A stretch of 52,656 nt of DNA from Arenicellales bacterium (GCA_028285795.1 JAPYNL010000095.1:1-52656); one strand, 5' to 3'; shown: positions 1 to 9,267, numbered from the stretch's first letter. Numbers and translations: made by a program. The notes: a model not told the origin generated them from the letters alone.

Positions 1-1
1 C

Positions 2-913
2 TATAACATTGTTCCACCCTGTTTTGACACTGATCAGCCTGTCGCATGGTCCCCCGTTTGGTCATTCAGCCAAAATCGCCATCGCTACCTTCCGACGGCA
101 ATGCTCTACGGAATGACGCCGGAGCAACGCGGCACGGTCAAGCTTTGGGCCGACTCGAACGGATGCGCTGCGGGCAACACGCTTGAGGAGGCCATTCTGC
201 AGGGATTTTTTGAGCTTGTCGAGCGCGATGCATTTGCAGTCTGGTGGTATAACCGTACACAATGCCCCGGTGTTGACCTGAACAGCTTTGGCAGTGACTA
301 CCTCTCTTACGCACCGCACTATTATGAAAAGCACAATCGGGATATGTGGGTTTTGGATATTACCAGCGATCTCGGCATTCCCTGTTTTGTCGCACTCTCG
401 CGGCGCATGGACCGCGAGCCTGAAGACATCATATACGGTGCGGGTGCTCACATGGATCCCGCCATTGCCATTTTGAGGGCGGTCTGTGAATTGAATCAAT
501 GCCTGGCCCTGGTTCCAAATCCCGTTCAAGGTTCCGAGCATTACAGGATTGACGATCCCATGTGCCTGTCGTGGCTGAAAAACATCAAGGCCGGGGAACA
601 CCCCTATCTGAATCCCAGCGAAACTCACCCAATCCGAGTTCATGGCGATTTCAGCATTCTCGGCAGTGAAGACATGAAAGAAGACATTGAATGGATTCAG
701 GCATTGATCGAGGGGAAGGGCATGGAGCTATTGGTGCTTGACCAGACTCGCCCCGATATCGGCATGCCGGTGGTTCGCGTGATCGTGCCGGGTCTTCGTC
801 ATTACTGGGAACGATTCGCACCCGGAAGGCTCTATGACGTGCCGGTCGACATGGGATTGCTTCACGAGAAGACGCCGGAGGAAGAATTGAATCCGCTACC
901 TGTCATTGCCTAG
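2..913 (+). CDS. YcaO-family azoline-forming cyclodehydratase (SagD/TOMM type), C-terminal ~300 aa; 5' end outside window
   Basis: The frame is open from base 2 (YNIVPPCFDTDQPVAWSPVW... precedes the first Met at 101). YcaO hallmarks are present: SNGCAAGNTLEEAILQGFFELVERDAFAVWWYN, GIPCFVALS, GAGAHMDPAIAILRAVCELNQ, and a Pro-rich C-terminal tail GRLYDVPVDMG...LNPLPVIA. Confidence 0.85.
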   Translation, partial: YNIVPPCFDTDQPVAWSPVWSFSQNRHRYLPTAMLYGMTPEQRGTVKLWADSNGCAAGNTLEEAILQGFFELVERDAFAVWWYNRTQCPGVDLNSFGSDYLSYAPHYYEKHNRDMWVLDITSDLGIPCFVALSRRMDREPEDIIYGAGAHMDPAIAILRAVCELNQCLALVPNPVQGSEHYRIDDPMCLSWLKNIKAGEHPYLNPSETHPIRVHGDFSILGSEDMKEDIEWIQALIEGKGMELLVLDQTRPDIGMPVVRVIVPGLRHYWERFAPGRLYDVPVDMGLLHEKTPEEELNPLPVIA

Positions 914-1504
914 TTGCAGTTGCAGATCGAGACAAGCCGCAAGAGGTTTTGGTTGGGAATTGAGCATGGCTTGAGACTGAGTTCGCTTGGTCATCCCCGT
1001 CATGCCTGCCTGGGATTTTCCGGCCAGCGAGTTGCCGCATGGAGCGCTCACGCCATGGATTCGGCATTTTTCGCATTCTCATGTAACATAGAGCCATCTT
1101 GCTGCCGCATGGGGCAAGCATTACGCCTTGAGAGTGCCTTCTCATTTTTGGGTTCGGGACACTGTGATCCGAAGTCGGGTCGGAGACAGGCAGGTCGGTT
1201 TTGGCCTGCATTTCCATTCTGACCGGTCGAGTCAGTGACCAGGCATGTCCAGCTTAGCCGGGGATATTGCAGGCAATTCATGCCTTCCCCGTTGTGTTGC
1301 ATCGACTCTAGCCATGCACCTGAGTGCACCGGATTCGGCATGATTTCATGACTCGCAGCATCCTTATTACATATTGGATGCCATTAGTGGGACTTCGTCA
1401 CCATCACAATTCCACGAACTTGTCGGTTTTGATTTTCCGGCCCCGGCGAATTTACGGCAGTCGGTCGACAGACTGATATTCGTTCAAAAATATTCAAAAA
1501 AGTA

Positions 1505-1534
1505 TTGACAGGGGGGAGGAGTGTAGGCTAGCAT
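1505..1534 (+). promoter_or_regulatory. candidate sigma70-type promoter for the precursor gene
   Basis: TTGACA (1505-1510), 18-nt spacer, TAGCAT (1529-1534). It lies upstream of a strong GAGGAGG Shine-Dalgarno (1578-1584) and the ATG at 1592. This is a motif match only. Confidence 0.35.
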
Positions 1535-1591
1535 GTTAAAAATAAGGAAAAATATCTCTTAACTGTAGTAATCTTTTGAGGAGGACTAGCT

Positions 1592-1846
1592 ATGAAATCA
1601 CTTGACCAAATGCATGACCATCTGCTTGCCAAGTCAGCTCAGGATCCTGAATTCAGGCAGGCGTTGATCGCAAATCCGAAAGAAGCAATCGGCAAAGAGC
1701 TGGGTATTGAGTTTGCCGACGATGTTGAACTTCATATCCACGAGAGTGACATGAAAAGCCTTCACCTGTCACTTCCTTTCGACGGAGAAATGACTGAGGA
1801 ACAGCTTGAAGCAGTCGCCGGCGGACTGTGCTGCTGCATGGGCTGA
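1592..1846 (+). CDS. NHLP (nitrile hydratase leader peptide) family RiPP precursor; predicted core LCCCMG after a double-glycine cleavage site
   Basis: The 84-aa ORF has a strong RBS. The leader LAKSAQDPEFRQALIANPKEAIGKELGIEFADDVELHIHESDMKSLHLSLPF resembles the two ends of NHase alpha (see 20411-21025) but lacks the metal-binding centre. The leader ends MTEEQLEAVAGG, with hydrophobic residues at -4, -7 and -12, as in double-glycine leaders. The core is codons 79-84 (1826-1843), LCCCMG. Confidence 0.9.
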   Translation: MKSLDQMHDHLLAKSAQDPEFRQALIANPKEAIGKELGIEFADDVELHIHESDMKSLHLSLPFDGEMTEEQLEAVAGGLCCCMG

Positions 1847-1888
1847 CTAGCCTGCAACGGCCTTATTGGTCGCTGTTTACTTGGTGGT

Positions 1889-1921
1889 CGCCCCATGTGT
1901 CTGCAAGGCATGCATGGGGCG
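1889..1921 (+). terminator. stem-loop just downstream of the precursor gene (possible partial terminator/attenuator)
   Basis: CGCCCCATG (1889-1897) pairs perfectly with CATGGGGCG (1913-1921). It is followed by TTCCCGTTTCC, which is only a weak U-tract. Confidence 0.35.
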
Positions 1922-2123
1922 TTCCCGTTTCCACCTGCCCCGTCTTTCTGCCTTGATTTCGACCAGCCCGTGTGTTGTTGAATCCTAGCCCCGGGCCGGC
2001 TTTTACCCGGCACATATTCGTCAACCCTGTCGCAACCCTGCCTGGACATCTGCATGATGCCCGTCAAGCGGGCAGCATCCCCGGTTTTCCCGCCGCGCCG
2101 CGCCCAATAACGGCGGTTTTAGG

Positions 2124-4478
2124 TTGATGCTGGAAAGAGCCAGTCAAAACACGGGTTCTTTTTCCGCCAGCTTTTCCTCATGGGTCGTTGAAGGACGACT
2201 CATGGCTATCATGATCAGCGTTATCCTCACTGCCGTCGCGGCCTCGGGCATGAGCTTTCTTCAATTGTCGAGTAGCTACCGAATCATGTTTGACGAAAGC
2301 AATCCCGAGCTGATTGCACTCGAACTACTGGAAGATACCTATGGAAAAAGCGATAGCGTTGTCTTTCTGATTGTTCCGGATAATGGCGATGCCCTGTCAG
2401 CCCAAGCCATGGAGGCAACCCTTTGGCTGACAGAGCAGGCATGGCAGACACCCTATTCGACAAGGGTTGATTCAATCACCAACTTTCAGCATACAACGGC
2501 ACGGGACGATGACCTTTTCATCGAAAATCTTGTCGATTCAGAGGTGTTGGGTGATCCCGTCGAGATCGAACGAATCCGGGAAATCGCCTTGTCCGACCCG
2601 CGATTGGTCGGCAAGCTGATTGATACTGCCGGGAGCGTGAGCGTTGTTCTTGCAACCATTGCCATTCCCGAAGAATCCCAAATTTCCGCATTCGCAGAAA
2701 CTGCGGAGTTTGCGCGAAATCTCGCCACCCGTGCAGAAAGCCAGTACGAGGGACTCGATCTTCGGCTGGCTGGAACAGTCATCCTCAACCAGGAGTTTGC
2801 GCAGGCAGCGGTAAACAGTCAGAAGGTTTTCCTGCCGCTCAGCCTTCTGATCATGGCTCTGCTTCTTGCGATTCTTACGCGTAGCCTGATGGGTGTTCTG
2901 GCGACCAGCATCATTATGATATTTTCGGTTCTCATATCCCTGGGACTGGGCGGCTGGATAGGCTTGGTACTCTCACCGTCTACTGCGCCGGCACCGACCA
3001 TCGTGCTGATGATCGTGGTGGCGAACTGTGTTCACGTACTGGTAGCCCTGCAGCAGCGACTCGGTTCCGGTGACACGAAAAAAAATGCAGTCAAGGAGTC
3101 CGTCCGGGTCAATTTGCATCCGATTTTTCTGGCAAGCGTTACCACAGCACTTGGCTTTCTCGCAATGAATTTTGCCGAAGTGCCGCCGCATCGCCACCTT
3201 GGCACATTCGTCGCACTTGGGCTTTTGGCATCGTTCATGCTGTCGGTCACATTGCTGCCCGCCCTGCTGAGCCTATTCCCGCTTCGTGCACAGAAGGTGC
3301 TTGTGCAGGATGATCCGCTGATGACCCGAATGGCAAAGGGCGTTCTGCGGCATCGAAAAGTCCTGTTGATGGGTTCGTTCCTGGGTGTAGTGATGCTGAC
3401 GGCACTGATTCCACGCAATGAACTGAATGATGTATTTACCCTGTTTTTTGCCAAGCGCGTCGAATTTCGACAGGATATGGACTTTCTTGACGAACGCCTC
3501 GGCGGCAACGGCATCATCGAATACTCGCTGGTGTCCGCGGAAAACATTGCAGACCCCGGGTTTCTGGCGGATGTAGAGGCATTTGCTGGGTGGTATCGGG
3601 CACAGCCGGCGGTGCGAAATGTATCGGCGATAACCGATACCCTCAAGCAGGTCAATCAGTCCCTGCATGGCGATGATCCCGATGCATATCGGCTTCCGTC
3701 CACGACCGAACTTGCCATGCAGTACCTGTTGCTGTACGAGTTCTCGTTGCCGGTTGGCCTTGACTTGAACAACCAGGTCAGTCTGGACAAGACGTCAACT
3801 CGATTGACGGTGACGACCGGCACGCTATCTTCAAACGAGATGCTGGAGCTCAATCAGTCTGCGGAGCAATGGATATCCGACAACGCGCCGAACATCATTG
3901 AAGCGAAAGGCTCCGGCCCGGCAATCCTGTTCTCCTATATTGCTCAACGCAGCATAAAGTCAATGCTGCTCGGCACGGTATTTGCGCTGGCCGGCATATC
4001 CTGCGTGCTGGTGCTTGCCTTTCGTTCACTTCGACTGGGCTTGATCAGTCTGGTTCCAAACTTCATGCCGATCATCATCGGCTTTGGGGTCTGGGGGCTT
4101 GCAGTAGGCGAGATAGGGTCGGCCCTGTCGGTAGTCGCGGCGATGACAATCGGCATCGTGGTTGATGACACCGTACACTTCCTGAGCAAATATCGCCGTT
4201 GTCGCAAGGAATTGGGCTACGATCCCGAACAGGCAGTGATCTATTCATTCCAGACTGTCGGAAAGGCTATTCTGATGACGACCATCATACTGGCAGCCGG
4301 ATTCCTGATCCTTGTATTTTCACCCTTCATACCAACAATACAGGTGGGAATACTGGTTTCGATCATCATTGTTGCGGCTCTGCTTTGTGATTATTTGACA
4401 CTCCCGCCCATACTGGTCATTGCCGATCGGTTTATAAATCCGCAGAGCAAGCTGACTGAACCCGGTCAGCCCGGATGA
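2124..4478 (+). CDS. MMPL/RND-superfamily exporter (HpnN/MmpL-like, 12 TM)
   Basis: 784 aa, with a TTG start in the ORF track. There are two blocks of hydrophobic helices, each preceded by a large soluble loop. RND-type TM motifs are present, e.g. MTIGIVVDDTVHFLSKY and LLASFMLSVTLLPALLSLFP. Confidence 0.85.
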   Translation: MMLERASQNTGSFSASFSSWVVEGRLMAIMISVILTAVAASGMSFLQLSSSYRIMFDESNPELIALELLEDTYGKSDSVVFLIVPDNGDALSAQAMEATLWLTEQAWQTPYSTRVDSITNFQHTTARDDDLFIENLVDSEVLGDPVEIERIREIALSDPRLVGKLIDTAGSVSVVLATIAIPEESQISAFAETAEFARNLATRAESQYEGLDLRLAGTVILNQEFAQAAVNSQKVFLPLSLLIMALLLAILTRSLMGVLATSIIMIFSVLISLGLGGWIGLVLSPSTAPAPTIVLMIVVANCVHVLVALQQRLGSGDTKKNAVKESVRVNLHPIFLASVTTALGFLAMNFAEVPPHRHLGTFVALGLLASFMLSVTLLPALLSLFPLRAQKVLVQDDPLMTRMAKGVLRHRKVLLMGSFLGVVMLTALIPRNELNDVFTLFFAKRVEFRQDMDFLDERLGGNGIIEYSLVSAENIADPGFLADVEAFAGWYRAQPAVRNVSAITDTLKQVNQSLHGDDPDAYRLPSTTELAMQYLLLYEFSLPVGLDLNNQVSLDKTSTRLTVTTGTLSSNEMLELNQSAEQWISDNAPNIIEAKGSGPAILFSYIAQRSIKSMLLGTVFALAGISCVLVLAFRSLRLGLISLVPNFMPIIIGFGVWGLAVGEIGSALSVVAAMTIGIVVDDTVHFLSKYRRCRKELGYDPEQAVIYSFQTVGKAILMTTIILAAGFLILVFSPFIPTIQVGILVSIIIVAALLCDYLTLPPILVIADRFINPQSKLTEPGQPG

Positions 4479-4872
4479 CTGGGTCATTTCGAACTTCACT
4501 GCCGGCAGTCGTGAAAAAATTCGGAAATTTCGTGTCGGACCTTCAGTCCCGGGCCGGGTTCATGAATGTCGATATCAACGGTTTCCGTTTTTCCAGCCGC
4601 GTCCCGGATCTCTCTTCAATGCCGGCATGCGATTCTCGTCATGTCCGGCTGTCCCGGTTCTCCGTCTTTTCCCGCCGGGTTGACGGACCGTGAACTCGGC
4701 ATCTGCGCCGAGTTCGGTCATTGACAAATTAGGCGATCCGAATCCCGGAGGTTTTCTGGCTGCTTGCGAGCATTGGACCAGTGCCTCATTTTCGTTGGGC
4801 ACAGGTGAATGCTTATCCGGGCTTCATGAAAGAACCGGAGCCCTTCCCTGCCAGAATCCGGGTATCCTGGCT

Positions 4873-4901
4873 TTGCACTTCATGGTGATTGTTTCTATAA
4901 T
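4873..4901 (+). promoter_or_regulatory. candidate sigma70 promoter upstream of the orphan gene and export genes
   Basis: TTGCAC (4873-4878), 17-nt spacer, perfect TATAAT (4896-4901). It lies ~130 nt upstream of the ATG at 5029. This is a motif match only. Confidence 0.4.
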
Positions 4902-5028
4902 CTTTCTAGTAGTATCGGCTAGTTGAAAACAGGAAGTCGTGACCTGTATTTGCAGACATGCCAACCAAACCCGCATGACCGGCTGTTGAAGTCGAGTCCG
5001 GGTACCCGGCAAAAATTGACCCGTATCG

Positions 5029-6168
5029 ATGGACCCCCTTGAAAAACATAAGATTTGCGAACGCAGAATGGCATCGGAAGCCGAGAACCTCGGGCAGGTA
5101 ATCGAGCAACTTGGTGATTTTATTCCACTGGAATTAATTGATGAAAATGCCAGGAAACGGATTATCAGTCAAACGGCGAATCTTCCTTCGACTTTGGCGG
5201 TATTTCCATTTGGATTCGAACTAGGCATGGACAAACCGCAAAAAGGGGCTGACCTGGGTGTTACAGTGGTAGGCGGGGATACCCGAACCGCCGATTATTT
5301 CAGGAATCAGGGGAATTGCAGCGGTGCGACACCGAGTCTTTCGGGCTTTGCAGAGCTGTTATCGGAAATCGATGGCACCAACAGCATACTATCCGGAATC
5401 ATGAGTCGCAATTTCATGCTCGAGTTTGACCTTGCATCGGCCAGGGGCATTGCATGCCCACCGCCGGGTCTTTGCATGAGACCGCATGAGAACATGAGAA
5501 ATCAGGAGCATCGATTGGCCGATGAAGTGTCCGCAATCGCCAATGCGATGGTAAATGCGGTTGGCTGGCAATTCGATCTTGAAGATCAGTGCATTGTGAA
5601 AAAAGTCTGTACAGCGCTTGAGCCCCACATGAGCCTCGAAACGCTTGCGGTTTTTCCGGGACGCAGAAAATTCATACGCATGGCGACCGCTGGGTATCGA
5701 AATTGTGATGAAGTGGTCAATTATCTGGATCGAATAGGCTTGAACCGGCAGAATCGTTTACATGTTGAGCCTCTTCTAGCCGCTCTTGAAAGGCGGGTTT
5801 CCATTCCACTTCTGGGTTTGAGCCTGGATATTGAATCCGGAACATTTGGCAACACCCTGGGCATCAGCTTGTATCTGAACACACAACCCCCAGCGGCTTC
5901 CGGTTTCTGGATAAACAGTCCCACTCTATGGGATGAGGCTCTTGAGTCTCTAAATGCCCATGATTACGGAATTTCCGAGAAACTGTCTGCACTCAAGCGT
6001 TTTCAAGGTCCCCCCAGGATGCTGCTTGGAAAATCCGGCAACCTGTTGCTGATTCGCGGGATAAACCATTTGAAGCTCACGCTGTGCGGCGATCGAATTG
6101 ATGGTCTGAAAGCCTATATTTATTTCCTGCTTTGTCCATGGCCTGAATGCCTTCAACCGTCGGAATAG
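5029..6168 (+). CDS. hypothetical cytoplasmic protein (379 aa), orphan member of the RiPP cluster
   Basis: Long ORF, co-directional with and tightly packed against the HlyD-like gene. No signal peptide or TM segment is seen. I recognise no family motif. Repeated strand-turn-strand segments are present (LLGLSLDIESGTFGNTLGISLYL; GINHLKLTLCGDRIDGLKAYIYF). Confidence 0.6.
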   Translation: MDPLEKHKICERRMASEAENLGQVIEQLGDFIPLELIDENARKRIISQTANLPSTLAVFPFGFELGMDKPQKGADLGVTVVGGDTRTADYFRNQGNCSGATPSLSGFAELLSEIDGTNSILSGIMSRNFMLEFDLASARGIACPPPGLCMRPHENMRNQEHRLADEVSAIANAMVNAVGWQFDLEDQCIVKKVCTALEPHMSLETLAVFPGRRKFIRMATAGYRNCDEVVNYLDRIGLNRQNRLHVEPLLAALERRVSIPLLGLSLDIESGTFGNTLGISLYLNTQPPAASGFWINSPTLWDEALESLNAHDYGISEKLSALKRFQGPPRMLLGKSGNLLLIRGINHLKLTLCGDRIDGLKAYIYFLLCPWPECLQPSE

Positions 6169-7043
6169 TCGTGTTTTTTGAAGAAACCATCGACGACCGT
6201 AACGAACGCAAGAGGCTTGACTTGTTGTTGCGGGTTGCATTTCCTTGCCAGCAGCTTGTTGCCGGCTTTCTTTTTGTGGCAATCATCACGCTTGTACTGT
6301 GGGGGGTTTTTGGCAGCATGCCACGTACAATGACGGTTGAGGGATTGCTTGTCAAGGCGGGGAAGTTTCATGAAGTGGCAATGCATGATTCGGGAAAAAT
6401 TGTCGAATTGCATGTTTCGGTTTCAGACACCGTCTCCCCGGGAGATGCCATTGCGAGACAGACTGTGCCTGGACTTGATCGGGAAATTGCATATTTACAG
6501 GACAAGGAAGAACGGCTAAGGAAGAAAATCCCGGAAAATACCGGAACGCATGCCGATATCAATTTGCTGGAATTAACCGGGGTCGCCCTCCTGCAGCTTG
6601 AGGCACAGCGGGCCTCTCGTTCACAGGTCGTCAGTCACGGCGGAGGAGAAGTCGAAGCAATATACGCAACGAGTGGGGAATTCCTGAATGCTGGCAGTGT
6701 ACTGGCCAGAATCCGGGAACAGGATGCCTTGGTCGATCATGTGGTAGCCACTGTGCCTGCAGGCATTCTCGAGCACATCCATCCGGGATCACTGGTTGAA
6801 GTTGACATTCCGACAACTGATGGCAACCTGCTGCGCATGCCCGGAGAAGTGGTCTCACTGACGGATGCCTCCAATTTTCAAAATACTGTCGAGAACTTGC
6901 TGCCTCCCGGGGATGGAGAAGCTCATGTGGGCATTGCCTTCGAGAAAAAGCCGGATCTGACGGATATTCATGAAGGCACGCCCTGCCGTATTCGGGTCAC
7001 GCTGGAACACGACGCCCCGTTTAGAATTCTTGGCTTCGGATAG
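6147..7043 (+). CDS. HlyD-family membrane-fusion/secretion adaptor of the NHLP-type export system
   Basis: N-terminal TM anchor LVAGFLFVAIITLVLWGVFG followed by a barrel-sandwich/lipoyl-like segment (GKIVELHVSVSDTVSPGDAIARQ) and a short coiled region. The true start may be the GTG at 6171, directly after the upstream stop. Confidence 0.8.
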   Translation: MPSTVGIVVFFEETIDDRNERKRLDLLLRVAFPCQQLVAGFLFVAIITLVLWGVFGSMPRTMTVEGLLVKAGKFHEVAMHDSGKIVELHVSVSDTVSPGDAIARQTVPGLDREIAYLQDKEERLRKKIPENTGTHADINLLELTGVALLQLEAQRASRSQVVSHGGGEVEAIYATSGEFLNAGSVLARIREQDALVDHVVATVPAGILEHIHPGSLVEVDIPTTDGNLLRMPGEVVSLTDASNFQNTVENLLPPGDGEAHVGIAFEKKPDLTDIHEGTPCRIRVTLEHDAPFRILGFG

Positions 7044-7058
7044 TCTTGCCATTCCTCC

Positions 7059-9263
7059 ATGAGTCAAACGAGAGCCAAGCGAGACAGGATAGGGCACCGC
7101 ATCATTACGCCGCTGGTGCTGCAGTCGCACGTCACGGAATGCGGCGCAGCGTGCCTCGGGAGCGTGCTTGCCTATTTTGGGTTGTGGATACCCCTGTCTG
7201 AACTTCGCACGCTTTGCGAAGTAAGCCGAGATGGTTCCAGCGCTGCCGGCATCAAGCGGGCTGCAAAGTCCTTTGGCCTTGACTGCAAGGGTCGAAGCGC
7301 ACCTAGTTCCAGCGTGCTGCGGGGCATGTCCCTGCCCCTGATCCTGTTTTGGGAATTCAATCACTTCGTGATTCTGGAGGGCTTCGATGCGAAGCACTTC
7401 TACATTAACGATCCCGCTTGCGGACGCCGCAGGTTGACGGCCGGGAAATTTGATCAAAGCTACTCTGGAATCGTTCTGGAATTTCAGCGCAGTGCAGATT
7501 TTCAGAGTGGAGGAAAGCGCCCGAGCCTGTTGCAAAGAGCCCAAATGTGGCTGGCGGGAACATCCAGGCAAATTGTCGCCTGCATCAGTTGCGGCTTGTT
7601 GCTCATTGCCCTCTCCCTGGCAATACCTCTGCTGACAGGCATATTTGTCGATCATGTGCTCCTGGGCGACAAGCAGTGGGGATTGCAGATCGCGGCCGGG
7701 CTTCTGGCGGTTGCACTGCTTGTTTATCCGCTAACCCTATTCAAGCAGCGATGGCTGAAACATCTTGCAGCACGCGTATCGGTTGTTGCGGCAGACCATC
7801 ATGTTTCACGACTGCTGCGATTGCCATATGAATATTTCTGTCATCGATTTGTCGGAAGCCTGACGGTACGCATTTTATCGGTTGACAATATCGCACGAGC
7901 GTTATCCCGGCATTTTTTGCAGTTTCTCATGGATCTGGCAATGATCACCGTGTTTCTTCTGGCGATGGCATTTTTATCTCCCGAATTGACGCTGGTTGTG
8001 CTTGCTCTAACGATTGTCAATTTTTTTCTTGCCTATCTGGTCGCCAACATTCAGCTGGATAAAAACATGATCTTGAGGAGCGAACAGGGGCTGATGGCGG
8101 GTATAAGCGCCTTGCTGTTCAACAAGGCGGAAATCCTGCGTATCACGGCAAGCGACGATACCTTTTTCGCACGCTGGGGAGGACACCAGGCACGAGAGCT
8201 TGATGCATGGCAGAGTCTTGCAGGATGCCGCCATATCAGTGCCAGCCTGTCCGTTTTGTTCCTGCTCCTTGGTCATGCCGCAGTGTTGACATTCGGTGCC
8301 GAGCAGGTTGAATCAGGAGAATTGACGCTTGGTCAGCTGGCTGGCTTCTATATTCTTGTACTGATGTTCCTGTCTTCTGCGGGTCACTTTTTCGGGTTCG
8401 TCAATGCACGCCACATGCTCGATGCCGATATGCAGCATCTTGACGATATAACCGGTACTCAACTCGCGCGAATCCGCACATCCGAGACGGATGCCAGTCT
8501 GGAGCAGGAGGCAGTTTCGACTCTGAATGGTCAATTGAAACTGTCGGGGCATGTCGAATTCCGCAATGTCACATTCGGCTATAACCGATCCAGAAAGCCG
8601 CTGATCGAGAACTTCAACCTGACTATTGAGCCGGGTCAGCGGGTTGCGCTGGTTGGCTCGAGCGGTTCCGGAAAATCATCGGCTGCATCAGTGCTTGCCG
8701 GATTTTTTGAACCGTGGTCGGGCGAAATACGGTATGATGGCTATCCACTCGCCGAGATCCCCGGCAATTTGCTGTCGCGCTCAATCTCGCTGATTGACCA
8801 GCATGTGACGTTGTTTGCCACCACAGTGCGCGAAAACATCACTTTGTGGAACCCTTCCATTCCAGAGAAGACAATGATTGCCGCAGCGCGGGATGCAGCG
8901 ATCCATGACGTCATTCTCAGTCGACCTGAAGGATATGAAACACGGGTTGAGGAGGGTGGGGCAAATTTCAGTGGCGGTCAGAAGCAGCGGCTGGGAATCG
9001 CACGTGCGCTTGCGAGTGAACCGACTTTTGCAATTCTTGACGAGGCAACCAGTGCGCTGGATGCAAAGGCCGAGGAACTCATTGACAAGGCATTGCGCCG
9101 GCGAGGAATGAGCTGCCTGATCATTGCGCATCGATTAAGCACAATTCGTGATTGTGACCGGATTGTCGTGCTGGACAAGGGGGGTGTCGTTCAGCAGGGA
9201 ATCCATGACGAACTGATCAGTGACAGGGACGGACTCTATTATCAACTGGTTCAGGCGGGTTAG
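7059..9263 (+). CDS. ABC exporter with N-terminal C39 cysteine peptidase domain (double-glycine leader-cleaving peptidase/permease/ATPase)
   Basis: C39 catalytic residues are present: QSHVTECGAACLG (Cys), FNHFVILEG (His), YINDP (Asp). It has six-TM ABC membrane domains, Walker A GSSGSGKSS, signature FSGGQKQRLGIARAL and Walker B FAILDEATSALD. Confidence 0.92.
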   Translation: MSQTRAKRDRIGHRIITPLVLQSHVTECGAACLGSVLAYFGLWIPLSELRTLCEVSRDGSSAAGIKRAAKSFGLDCKGRSAPSSSVLRGMSLPLILFWEFNHFVILEGFDAKHFYINDPACGRRRLTAGKFDQSYSGIVLEFQRSADFQSGGKRPSLLQRAQMWLAGTSRQIVACISCGLLLIALSLAIPLLTGIFVDHVLLGDKQWGLQIAAGLLAVALLVYPLTLFKQRWLKHLAARVSVVAADHHVSRLLRLPYEYFCHRFVGSLTVRILSVDNIARALSRHFLQFLMDLAMITVFLLAMAFLSPELTLVVLALTIVNFFLAYLVANIQLDKNMILRSEQGLMAGISALLFNKAEILRITASDDTFFARWGGHQARELDAWQSLAGCRHISASLSVLFLLLGHAAVLTFGAEQVESGELTLGQLAGFYILVLMFLSSAGHFFGFVNARHMLDADMQHLDDITGTQLARIRTSETDASLEQEAVSTLNGQLKLSGHVEFRNVTFGYNRSRKPLIENFNLTIEPGQRVALVGSSGSGKSSAASVLAGFFEPWSGEIRYDGYPLAEIPGNLLSRSISLIDQHVTLFATTVRENITLWNPSIPEKTMIAAARDAAIHDVILSRPEGYETRVEEGGANFSGGQKQRLGIARALASEPTFAILDEATSALDAKAEELIDKALRRRGMSCLIIAHRLSTIRDCDRIVVLDKGGVVQQGIHDELISDRDGLYYQLVQAG

Positions 9264-9267
9264 GGAG

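Noticed and set aside
903-1341. Overlapping 97-104-aa ORFs on both strands between YcaO and the precursor (914-1222 +, 903-1217 -, 1048-1341 -)
   Set aside because: They are mutually overlapping, with no RBS, no motifs and odd composition. I treat the region as non-coding or possibly regulatory.
6855-7655. 266-aa minus-strand ORF
   Set aside because: It lies antisense to the junction of the HlyD-like and C39-ABC genes, both of which have strong family signatures. It has no recognisable motif of its own.
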